Positions 38,248-49,525 of a stretch of DNA of 64,000 bases are shown here, piece after piece. How positions within the stretch are numbered: the stretch's first letter is position 1; each line of letters begins with the position of its first letter. The DNA lies in the NCBI GenBank assembly GCA_951406725.2, contig OX597817.1, positions 140,926,001 through 140,990,000 on the forward strand, in the 5' to 3' direction. Below the pieces are notes generated by a model. The model was not told where the DNA came from. It did no database searches and saw only the letters and a list, made by a program, of their open reading frames with translations. The position numbers and the translations under genes were made by a program. The stretch comes from Octopus vulgaris. Lineage: Eukaryota.

Positions 38248-40144
38248 CTGTGAGAAAGAAAATACAAATTAATACTTTAAACAACAAAAAATAAAAATTA
38301 TATCAATTAATAAATTAATTCTGTACACAAGCACATATTCAGTCCAACTATAAAATAATTTAGAGTTTACAAGTCCAGGTGAAAAATACAAAAAGAACAC
38401 ACCTAACAATCTGATAACAGTGACTTTGACTTAATGAAGTCTTCTCAGTTTCAGAGTAATAAAGGGCAAATGATCTCTACATAAATCTGTAGAAATCAAC
38501 TATTTCTCAATGAAACATTTTATATAGACTTAATTAACATATTTTTGTTGGATGTCATGTTAATAATAGATAAAGAATAAAACATTTTGGGACATTCTAA
38601 TATCAGACCTTAACACAGTCTTAACCCCAAAGACCATTCCAAAAACCATATCACCCAAATATTCTCTTCCTTATTATATCATCATCGTTTACCATCCGCT
38701 TTCCATGCTAACATGGGTTGGATGATTTTGACTGAGGGGTGGCGAACCAGATGGTTGCACTAGCTCCAATCTTGATTTGGCAGAGTTTCTACAGCTGAAT
38801 GCCCTTCCTAACGCCAACCACTCCGAGAGTGTAGTGGGTGCTTTTTACGTGCCACCGGCACGGGGGCCAGTCAGGCGGTACTGGCAATGACCTCGCTCAA
38901 ATCCTTTTGCACATGCCACCAGCACAGGTGCCAGTAAGGCAACGTTGGTAACAATCATGCTCGAATGGTGCCCTTTTACGTGCCACCGGCACAGAAGCCA
39001 GTTGGCTGCTCTGGCAACGATCACACTCAGATGGTGCTCTTGGCACCCTACTAGCACGGGCACAAGTGCCAGTAAGGCGACGCTGGTAACGATCACGCTC
39101 GAATGGTGCCCTTTAAATGCCACTGGCACGGAAGCCAGTTAGCCGCTCTATCAATGATCATACTCGTATGGTGCTCTTTGCATACACATATATATTCCTA
39201 CCAAACACTAACCAATGGATCCCAGCATAGAAATAATGGCAAAAACATGAATTAAAAAGATTAAAACTGACTTTGGTGTTTTACATCCACTTTTCCATGC
39301 TGGCATGAGTTAGACAGACTTTCAGGTTCAGTGTTTTTATGACTGGATTTCCTCCCTGATACTAACCCTTTTAGTTGCCCCTTACAACACACAAGCACAG
39401 GATTCTAAAAACCAAGATACACATTAAAGATTATCATCACTTTCATTTTATCCTACAGTAGAATAAGTCTTGTATTAAGTGAGTATTTCTTAGAGCAGGT
39501 TCTGTGAAAAAATATTGGGGTTCAACAAGAAAAGGGACCTTCAATGAAATTTAATAAAAATTTATTTCTTAAAAAATGGAACTCCCTATTTTTAAATTAA
39601 TTGTTATATTATTTTTTTATGAATAAAGTTCTTTCTCTAAAATAATTTTTTTTATCATTTAATGTCCTCAGGTGCTGCCATAAGCTGAACAGTGATGAGA
39701 GTCCAAGTGAGTTCCTCAACAGGACAAAGACTGAGGGCTCCCTGGCAAGTCCCAGTTTTTAGCTTCCTAACACTTACACAGTATAGTGCCTCCTACATTC
39801 CACCGACACGGAAGCCAGTTAGCCACTCTGGCAACGATCACGCTCAGATGGTGCTCTTAGCACCCTACCTGCACGGGGCACAAGTGCCAGTAAGGCGAAG
39901 CTGGTAATGATCACACTCGAATGGTGCTGGCATGGAAGCCAGTTAGCCGCTCTGTCAACGATCACGCTCATATGGTGCTCGTGCCCGTCATTGAATTTCA
40001 CTTTGATTTTGATTAAAAGATTAAATTTCATGAAATGGTCCCCTACCTAGCAGAACCTGAAAACAATCAATCCAATACAGAGCTGCATATTCTACAGAAA
40101 CAGAAGGTAAAAGAAGACTGTATATCTTGACTATTTGTACTTAC

Positions 40145-40286
40145 TGTCTGTTTCTTTCATATCCAGCACAGCTTTTATAGAGTTCAATGGTAACAAAGCT
40201 AAATGTTTAAATGGTTTCTGTGGGGTTTTATGGCTGGAAGGACTTTTAGCAGCACTGTTTACCAACTTGAGTCGACGTTTACAAAT
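40145..40286 (-). CDS. ECT2: ECT2 exon, PH domain (ICKRRLKLVNSAAKSPSSHKTPQKPFKHLALLPLNSIKAVLDMKETD)
   Basis: TAG/GTAAGT, 142 nt, phase 0/1. Similar to human KHIHLMPLSQIKKVLDIRETED. Confidence 0.94.
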
Positions 40287-41435
40287 CTAAACAGAAAAAG
40301 AAAAACCAACAAATATTTTAAGTCTACAACACCAGGGTGAATAATAGAATCTATTTTATCAGTTTTACCTGATACAGTAGGACCTATGTTAAGTTTAGCT
40401 GTCATCCATTGTAAGAACTAGGTTAGTTTTTATGTAACCACTGTCCGTCATAGGAACCAGATTAGTAGCCCCTATCTATTGTAAGGGCCCAGTTAGTTTG
40501 ATTGGTGAAGTTCATTAACAGAAGTAATAGACATGGCAGTTTTCAGTGAAATAATTTCATATCTGCTATTTGGAAAGAATCTCTTCCTCTCTTGAGAAAT
40601 ATTATTGAAATAAAAACTGAGTCTAACTCTAGAAGTTTAACTTTATCACTTGGTGATGTTGTATCATGTTGACCTTGATAAAATTTTAACACTGCAATAT
40701 AAGATATGAACTTGTTGATAGGCAGCAGAAAAGCCAAAACAAGAACATGTTTTACAGTGACTGAGAAGTCAATGAGAAGACATTGTGAGTTTCGTATTTT
40801 TTTGTTACTTTTATCATGAGCTTTTTACAGTGAATTACTGCATTCTGTGATGCCTTCTTGGAGTAGGTCATACAGTTCTTGTCTTGTGAATTTGAAATTG
40901 TCCACAGAATACATTTGCATAGGTGTAGCAATTAGTTTTTCTTTTTGCGTTCTGCGTTAAATAAATGAAAGATCATAAATCTTTAGGTAAATATATTCAA
41001 TAAGAATATTTTATGCTGAATTTATATTGAGTGCTCCATTGTATAAAAATATTAATACTATTAAAGTATTTATATATTTAATACGAGCGATATATACATA
41101 TATTTTTTAATAACATATTATTATTATTAATATAAGGAAATCAATATCAAACTCTTCATAAAGATATACCCGTGTGAAAATACTTATTGTATTAAAAATA
41201 TATATAAATAAATAAATATAAAAATATAAATAGAATGTTTAAGATAAATTTGGTAGTTTGAAAGTTTTGAATTAATTTTTTAAGCATGAATGAAAGATGT
41301 AACTAACGGAATCTTAAGCAAAAGTCAACAACACAAGAGAGGTTCATACCAATGTAGTGGAGGAGGGTGGGGTTAGCAATGAGAGGCAGGATGTTAGTAG
41401 TTTTAGTAACAGCATCAGAAACAAAAATAACTTAC

Positions 41436-41555
41436 AGACAGGTTATCACTAAAGAGGAACAAAGTCAAAGATTCTCCTCTTGGAATGACTGAACCATATA
41501 ATTCAATAGTGTCAACCCTCTTTAGGAAAGTCCGATGTGAAGAGAGCAGGTAAGG
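41436..41555 (-). CDS. ECT2: ECT2 exon, PH domain (PYLLSSHRTFLKRVDTIELYGSVIPRGESLTLFLFSDNLS)
   Basis: CAG/GTAAG, 120 nt, phase 0/0. LLSSHR and RGExxTLFLFxD motifs of the ECT2 PH domain. Confidence 0.95.
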
Positions 41556-41847
41556 CTGGGAAACAAAAACAATACACAAAATAAAATTAGTACAAAAATT
41601 ATCTAAAATTCTTATCTAAAAATCCTCGTCAACCAATTAAACTGGCTGTAATTACAATCAGATGACATGTTAATTAACTTTATCAGATCCTCATGAACAA
41701 GTAAAGTTCCATAAACCAATATGGCATAGCAGAACTGCTGGAAATTATTATCACTAGTTGATCTTTTAATATCAGCATATTTTCAAGATATTTAGCAACT
41801 TCGTTAATTAAACGAAAAGAAGCCCAAGCAGTAAATTAGATACTTAC

Positions 41848-41926
41848 AGGACAACACTCAATGTCGTTAAATAAGTCAAACATTTCCACACGATTTTCAG
41901 TCTTCTTTTTGTCTTCGTTAATGTAT
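41848..41926 (-). CDS. ECT2: ECT2 exon, DH-PH linker (YINEDKKKTENRVEMFDLFNDIECCP)
   Basis: TAG/GTAAGT, 79 nt, phase 2/0. INEDKRKTE...GCP motif of ECT2. Confidence 0.95.
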
Positions 41927-42461
41927 CTAGAAATGGAAATAGCCTTGAGATTAGTAATCAGCTGAAAAATACCAAAATACAAACACACCAGGTTTATTAG
42001 AGCAGCTAATTAGTGACTCACTAAATTGAAACGTCAGCCTAATGAAGCAGTAATGAATAAAAGACCTTTCATACAAAGGTTTATGAAAGGATCCTTAGAA
42101 AGTTCTTATACAGCATCAACATCATCGGTTGCATGAGTCAGAATTTATTGAGACATCATCTACTATGGCTGAATACCATTCCTGTTGCCAACCGTTGCTC
42201 ATTTCCAAGCAAGGTAATATTCCCTCATGCCAGAAACGCTTTCGCAGAATATTGGAAATGAATGACAGTAACTTGTACGAGAGTGACAATAGTTTACAAC
42301 TACTACAAAACATCAGGATAAGGAGACACACGCATACACACACATACATATATGCATATATACACGTCTACACACACAAGTGTACGCATAAGATACATAC
42401 TCACACACATAAACACATACATTCATATATGCATCCATACACACACACACATACTTATATC

Positions 42462-42694
42462 TGTTTCTTTACTACCCACAAGGGGCTAAACACAGAGGAA
42501 ACAAACAAGGACAGACAAACGGATTAAGTCGATTACATCGACCCCAGTGCGTAACTGGTACTTAATTTATCGACTCCAAAAGGATGAAAGGCAAAGTCGA
42601 CCTCAGCGGAATTTGAACTCAGAACATAGCGGCAGACGAAATACTAGTAAGCGTTTCGCTCGGCGTGCTGACGTTTCTGCCAGCTCGCTGCCTT
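42462..42694 (-). mobile_element. Full-length tRNA-derived SINE with Nin-like central domain and TSD of about 20 bp
   Basis: A-box AGCTGGCAGAAACGTCAGC, B-box GAGTTCAAATTCC, core GCCTTTCATCCTTT..GGTCGATAAATTAAGTACCAG. Flanked by CACACACACATACTTATATC on both sides. Confidence 0.9.
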
Positions 42695-43039
42695 CACACA
42701 CACATACTTATATCATCACCATCATTGCCTAATGTTCTCCTTCCACACTGACATGGGTTGGCTGGTTTGACAGGAGCTGGCCAGGGAAAAGCCTGCACCA
42801 TACTTCTGTGTCTGTTCTGGCACGTCTTTTTTTTTTTCCATGGCTAAATGCCCATCTTAGCACCAACCACTCTGCAAAGTGAGCTGAGTACTTTTTACAT
42901 GGCACCAGCACAGATGAGGTTAGTTTTGGCATGGTTTTTACAGCTGGATGCCCTTCCAAATGCCAACCACTTTACAGTGTAACTGGATGCTTTTTAACTC
43001 TTTCGTTACCGTATTTATTTTGAGGTACTCTGTGTAGAT

Positions 43040-43649
43040 TGTAGTGATCCGACAACGGCGCGCGCTCGCGCACCGCCCATTTGTATTTCGCGCGTGTTGG
43101 TGCCTTTACCAAGGCACAGAAAGGAAGGCCCCTCTCGCGCATGCGCGAACCACCGGTAGCACGACCCTATTGCCTACGTAGCAGTTAGCGAGGCAAGGGG
43201 GTCGTAGAACGTTTGACCGCTAGCGTCCAGCAAGCGGTGACTTGGGAACCCAGCGATTGACGGCGACGGTCACGCATATATTCTCTCCGTCAGGATTAGA
43301 TTCTAGCAGTCCTTTGGCCGAAGACTTTTAACCAAAATTGTTGCAGACCAACATTGTCTCCATTGTTCGACGCCATCTTGAATCCTTTCTGTTTTTGGGC
43401 TGGACATTGTAAATATTACAATCTATTAACTTTCAGCCTTGCGCGCCCGAATCAAGCACATCAGATAACTCACTTATTGTTATTGTTTACCAAGAAAGAG
43501 AATAAAGTAGTTATATATATATTTCACGTCTGCGTCCTGTTTGTTTCTGACTTGTAGAATTCTGGATTATTAAAGTAACGGCTAGTGAGAGATTGCTTTG
43601 TGCACCCCAAAAGTGCACGAGGATATTCACACCTCACACGTTCGTTACA
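43040..43649 (+). mobile_element. Solo LTR (610 bp, Gypsy-like 4-bp TSD)
   Basis: TGTAGTGA...TCGTTACA termini, AGAT on both sides (43036-39, 43650-53), CpG-rich U3-like part, AATAAA at 43501. Confidence 0.85.
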
Positions 43650-43653
43650 AGAT

Positions 43654-43990
43654 CATGAATTTCTGCTGCTTTATCTGAGAACCAGTCACTGGACTTATGT
43701 GATTTAAATCCCACTGACGAACTTACAGCCTGAATTACTTTTGTTTTGAAATCTTCCCATAGATTGTTGGGGTCAAGATTGATACTTTCTATAATATCAA
43801 CCACTTGCAAGTTGCTTGATAATTTAAAGTTTCCAACATTTAACTTTTTGGGTACCTTAGGACCAGATTGTCAATTTTTAGGCATTATTGAAAAATCTAT
43901 TTTTCCATGCACTAGATGATGGTCAGTCCAGCTCTCTGCCCCTTGCATGGCCCGAACGCTAGAAACGTCTTTCATATGTTTTCTGAGTGT
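43654..43990 (-). mobile_element. RTE/BovB-like LINE fragment (end of APE endonuclease and linker)
   Basis: VRAMQGAESWTDHHLV motif (SDH-like), followed by W..FK and DWF linker-like residues. Confidence 0.7.
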
Positions 43991-44298
43991 GTTACATAAT
44001 AAGGCACAAAAAGAAAATGACTCTCCCCAGACACAATACATATATATATATACAGTCAGGCTGTACTGGTCGATGCCAGTACAGCCTGACTGGCCCTTGT
44101 GCTGCTGGCACTTAAAAAGCACCCACTACACTCTTGTAGTGGTTGGCATTAGGAAGGGCATCCAGCTGTAGAAACTTTGCTGGATCAGATTGGAGCCTAG
44201 AGCACTCTTTTGGCTTGCCAGCCCTCAGTCAAAGCATCCAACCCATACCAACATAGAAAGTGGATATTGCACGACAATGATGATGATGATGATGATGA

Positions 44299-44341
<43 letters not shown>

Positions 44342-44344
<3 letters not shown>

Positions 44345-45607
44345 GAGTTGGACAAAATAATAGAAACACCTAGCATCATAATTTTGAAATATCTATAAAA
44401 CCATCAAAAGCTTGTTTATTTTTATGTTTTTTGATTTATTATTAGTGTTGCTAAATATGTTTAGCTAAAATTGCTGTTTCTTTTCAGATATCATCAGAAA
44501 AAGGTAATTAAAATTCATTAAAATGACAGATCTATTGCATTTTCAAAGAGGTCAAATTGTTGGTGCTCGTATGGCAGGCGCTAGCGTAATGAAAACAGCC
44601 GAAATGTTTGGTGTATCAAGAAGTACTGTCTCGAAAGTAATGACAGCCTTTGAAAAAGAGGGAAAAACCTCATCGTCGAAACAAAACTCCGGCAGAAAAC
44701 CAACACTTTCAGATAGGGACCATCGAACTCTTAAGCAAATTGTTAGAAAGGATCACAAATGTACAGCTCCCAAAATTACTGCAATGCTTCATGACCACCT
44801 CAAGAACCCAGTTTCCACAAAAACTGTTTGCTGGAAGCTGCACAAAGCCGGATATCATGGGAGGGCTGCAATCAGAAAACAACTACTTTCAAAAACAAAC
44901 ATTGCAAAGCATTTAGAGTGGAGTAAAATCCTACAGAATTGATCCCAAGAGCAGTGGAAGAATGTTATTTTCTCGGACGAGTCATCCTTTACCTTATTTC
45001 CTACCATCGGCCGAGTATACGTGTGGAGACAGCCAAAAGAAGCACTTGACCCACACTGCCTTCTTCCAACTGTTAAACATGGAGGGGGATCTGTGATGAT
45101 CTGGGGGGACTATATCTTGGAAATCAGCTGGCCCAATGGTTTCCCTTCATAGCAGAATTAATAGTCAAGACTATCTTAGCAAATTATCTCATCAAATTCA
45201 TTCAATGGTTGCGGAACTGTTTCTGGAGGGAAGCTCAATCGTCCAGGATGATAATGCACCAATTCAAACAGCTGAAGTTGTTACTGAATGGCATGAGGAG
45301 CATTTTAATGAAATTGAACATCTTATCTGGTCACCACAGTCCCCAGATCTCAATATTATTGAACATTTATGGAGCATTTTAGAAAAACAAGTAAGGAGTC
45401 GATATCCTCCACCATCATCTCTACAACAACCAGAGACTGTTTTAGCTGAAGAATGGAGAAAAATTCCTTTGGAAACAATTCAAATTTTGTACAAGTCCAT
45501 ACCTAGTAGAATTCAAGCTGTAATTACTGCCAAAGGCAGCCCGACCCTATATTGAAATAAATTTGTTTGAAATTTTAAGGTGTTTCTATTATTTTGTCCA
45601 ACCCCTG
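44342..45607 (+). mobile_element. Full-length Tc1 (DD34E) DNA transposon with inactivated transposase (44523-45555)
   Basis: 30-bp TIRs CAGG(A/G)GTTGGACAAAATAATAGAAACACCT at 44342-44371 and 45578-45607 (1 mismatch), TA after the right end. HTH, GRK, FSDES, QDDNAP and SPDLNIIE motifs. Stop at 44940-42 and a frameshift near 45105. Confidence 0.95.
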
Positions 45608-45834
45608 TATATATACACATATAAAGTATGGGGGTTTAGTTCACAGGTGATCTAAACAATTAGGTATGCTAATTAGGTGCTGTCACAGATTACTAGGGCT
45701 CCAAGGTTATAGCCAAGATGGAGCCATTGCAGATTTACAATGCAGCAGATATATAATTGTTAAAGGGGACAGCAAACATTAAGGCAAGGCAAATATTTCA
45801 AGTCGTATACAATATTGTTAGTGGAAAAAATTCA

Positions 45835-47225
45835 AAGCCTCACAGCTGTTTCTGGTATATCAGTCATCATCAGAGAGAAATGGGGGGGGGGGAATAGAGA
45901 AAATGAGAATAGTGTATATTAATGAGATGACAGCATAGAGGAAGGGAGTAAAAGAATGAGGAGATGGAGAGAAATAAGAAAAAAAGAAGCATAAAAGTTC
46001 ATAGTTCAACTTTGCGATAATGTAGAAACAAGAGCATAAGTCCTTAGGTGCAATCCTGCGTAGATCCATGAGGGTTAAAATCCTGATATAGTAGACATCC
46101 AGAGAAAAGAGACGTGAACATATCAACGTTCAATAACAGAATGGTAGCGGAGGTGACTATTAAATGGTAAAAGGAAAGAAAAGAAATGAATAGAAAGAGA
46201 GGTAGATAGAGTGAGGGATGGGGAGAATTTAAGGATTGGTTTTAGGATAAAGTAAGGTGTATGGTATCTAAGAATTATGTACAGGGTAGCCGAGAAGATA
46301 AGAGAGAGGATGAGGTGTAGAGAAAGATAGGATAAAAAAAAAACAGAGCAAAATGAAAGGAATTTAAAGAGAGTAGTAGGTGTCTGGTAGTCTCACAGTC
46401 TAAAGTTGTTGGGGAGGAGATCTAGTAGTAAATGATTGTGTCTGTCCTGGCTAAGGACAGTGGCTGTAGGGTTATTCTCAGCAATGGGGTTATGGGTATG
46501 TAGGTAGTTGAGAAAGGAGGAGCTAGTTGAATGTTAAATTATTTATGAGTAGGCGTTAGAGTTAGGGGGTTTATATTTGGGGATTTATTGGGTTAAGGCT
46601 TAAAATAAATTAAGGATAACTTAAAGAATTAATATTTATCTCATAAAATGATGAGGTAAGGGAGATAGAAGAGATGTAAGATATATGGTAGAAATAAGAG
46701 AGATAGAAATAAGAGAGATAGAAATAGAGGAGAGATAGAAGAGGTATAGAGGGGTATGTGCTAATGATCATAGGGGTTTCTATGAGGGTGCTATTCGTGG
46801 GGGTGAGCTTACATTTAGATTTATGAAAGAATTTAAAAGTGCAGACGAATTTGTGCTTACACATAGTGAAGGCCTCATATTTATTAAGCAATTGTGCTGA
46901 GCTGTGGGTTAAAATTTTGAGTTCACAACTGGAGTGTTGGCTCTGATATGGGATATTTGAGTCTATTATAGCCAAGGAAAGTTTATACTGTATTTTTCTA
47001 ATAATTAAATGGTGTATGTGGTTGGCTAGTGATGTGGAATTGCTATTTTCTTTATATCTAAAGGAGTTTAAATGTGCATAATAACTTTGTTTAAAACTGG
47101 TGCTCAGTCCAACGTAATAGCTACAGGAGTTATTTACTATGTTGTAAATGGTGCATTGGTATACGACATTGAATCTTCTGCATTGGGCTTGCAGCGGGCA
47201 ATCTGATATGATGGACTGGCCCAGA
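45835..47225 (-). mobile_element. Penelope-like element 3' remnant: GIY-YIG endonuclease, 3' UTR and degenerate hammerhead
   Basis: Minus-strand translation DCPLQAQCRRFNVVYQCTIY...YYVGLSTSFKQSYYAHLNSF...STSLANHI...LLNKYE...CKHK. CTGATGA...GAAACAGCTGT at 45873-45842. Confidence 0.8.
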
Positions 47226-47578
47226 AGGGGAAGTCAAGTTGCTCTACTGGTCACAACATGATCACAACCATAAACCCTGGGTTTAAACTAAACATACAAA
47301 CACACACACACATACATACATACACATAACCCATACCAGCATTGACAATAGACATTAAATGATGATAACACACATATATACATACATACATACACACACA
47401 TATACATACACGCAGTTAACTTGTACAAGCTTCTCATCCACCAAATATAACCTTAGGCTATGGTAGGAAGGGACTTGCCAAAAGAACTCTGCAGTGGACT
47501 CAAAACTAGACGCTTATGGTTGTGAAATAAACTTTTCAACCACAACAGCCATGCTTACAGAAATCACTTAAAACTCAC

Positions 47579-47660
47579 GTGAGAACTTCTTTTAATGCTT
47601 TTACAGCTTCCTCCAGCTTTTTGGAATCAGGATTGGTTTTTGGAGTTCGTTTGAGAATTT
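47579..47660 (-). CDS. ECT2: ECT2 exon, end of DH domain (EILKRTPKTNPDSKKLEEAVKALKEVLT)
   Basis: AG/GTGAG, 82 nt, phase 1/2, in frame with both neighbours. Similar to human DLKKHTADENPDKSTLEKAIGSLKEVMT. Confidence 0.94.
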
Positions 47661-47700
47661 CTGATAAAAGAAAAATCATATAAATATAACTATGGCAACA

Positions 47701-47738
<38 letters not shown>

Positions 47739-49490
47739 GGTGGTAAGTTAACAGAATTGTTTGCACATCAAATAAAATGTCTGGTAGCATTTCTTCTAGC
47801 TCTTCACATTCTGAGCTCAAATCCTGCTAAGGTTTACTTTGCCTTTCATCCTTTTGAGGTCGTTAAAATAAGGTACCAGTCAAGTGATGGGATCAATGTA
47901 AACACCTTGCCCTCTCCTCTAAAATTTGCTAGCTCTGTACCAAAAATTCAAAAGGATTATTGTTCCACTTGTTGCACAGCATTTGTTGCTGGTGGTGTAA
48001 TGCCAGTGCCAGCTGTCCACAACCAATGGACTGAGTTGGCACCTTCAACTGCCAAACACTTTTCTAAGTATTCTAGCAGCAAGTGCCTCACCTTGATATT
48101 GTCCCCAATTTCTTTTAAATAGTTTCCAATTCTAGAGCTCACATTACCAAGTGTCCTGACAAAAATAGGACCCCTTCAGTCTTCTCCATAGCCCACAAAT
48201 GGTTTATCATCATCATCATCATCATTTAACGTCTGCTTTCCATGCTAGCATGGGTTGGACAAATGACTGAGGGCTGGCGAACTAGATGGCTGCACCAGGC
48301 TTCAATCTTGATCTGGCAGAGTTTCTACAGCTGGATGTCCTTCCTAATGCCACCCACTCTGAGAGTGTAGTGGGTGCTTTTACGTGCCACCGGCACGGGG
48401 TCAGTCAGGTGGTACTGGCAACGACCTCGCTTGAATCTTTTACACATGCCACCAGCACGGAGGCCAGATAGCCACTCTTTTCAATTCTAGAGCTCACATT
48501 ACCAAGTGTCCTGACAAAAATAGGACCCCTTCAGTCTTCTCCATAGCCCACAAATGATTTTATCTTCCATGTTAATAGTTTATATCTCTCAATCTTCTTC
48601 AACTCTTTGTCCCATACCTTAAAGTAAGCTGGGCAAGCTACATATGAAATTAAACATTGTTTGTTAACTTTGTCAATCACTGTATTATCTGACTTGAGAT
48701 GTTCAATTTTATGGTCACATTGTACCATTAAGTCCCAGACATGGTCATTTTCTACAACACCTCCCCTGAAATTGCTGGCCTTGTGCCAAATTTCATTTCT
48801 TCCATGCCAGTGGCACATAAAAAGCACCATTTGAGCACGATCATTACCAGTGTCACCCTACTGGCACTTGTGCCGGTGGCCCGTGAACAAAACATTCGAG
48901 CGAGGTCATTGCCAGTGCCTCTGGACTGACTCCTGTGCAGGTGGCATGTAAAAAACACCATTTCGAGCGTGGCCGTCGCCAGTACTGCCAGACTGGCCTT
49001 CGTGCCGGTGGCACATAAAAGCACCCACTACACTCTAGGAGTGGTTGACGTTAGGAAGGGCATCCAGCTGTAGAAACTCTGCCAAATCAAGATTGGAGCC
49101 TGGTGCAGCCATCTGGTTCGCCAGTCCTCAATCAAATCCTCCAACCCATGCTAGCATGAAAAGCAGATGTTAAATGATGATGATGATGATGATAACTGGC
49201 ATTCTGTTGGTTAGGACAATAAGTGTTCCAGCCAATTTGATCAACAGAATACCCTGCTTGTGAAATTAATGTGCAAATGGCTAAGCACTCCATGGACATG
49301 CATACCCTTAAAGTAGTTCTCAAGGAGATTCAGTGTGACACAATGTGACAACGTTGGCCCTTTGAAATACAATTCGTTTTTGCCAGTCATAGTGGACTGG
49401 AGCAACATGAAATAAAGTGTGACGCTCAAGGACACAACATACAACCAGAAATTGACCTCACAAAATTAAAATCATAGGCTGAACACCCTA

Positions 49491-49525
<35 letters not shown>

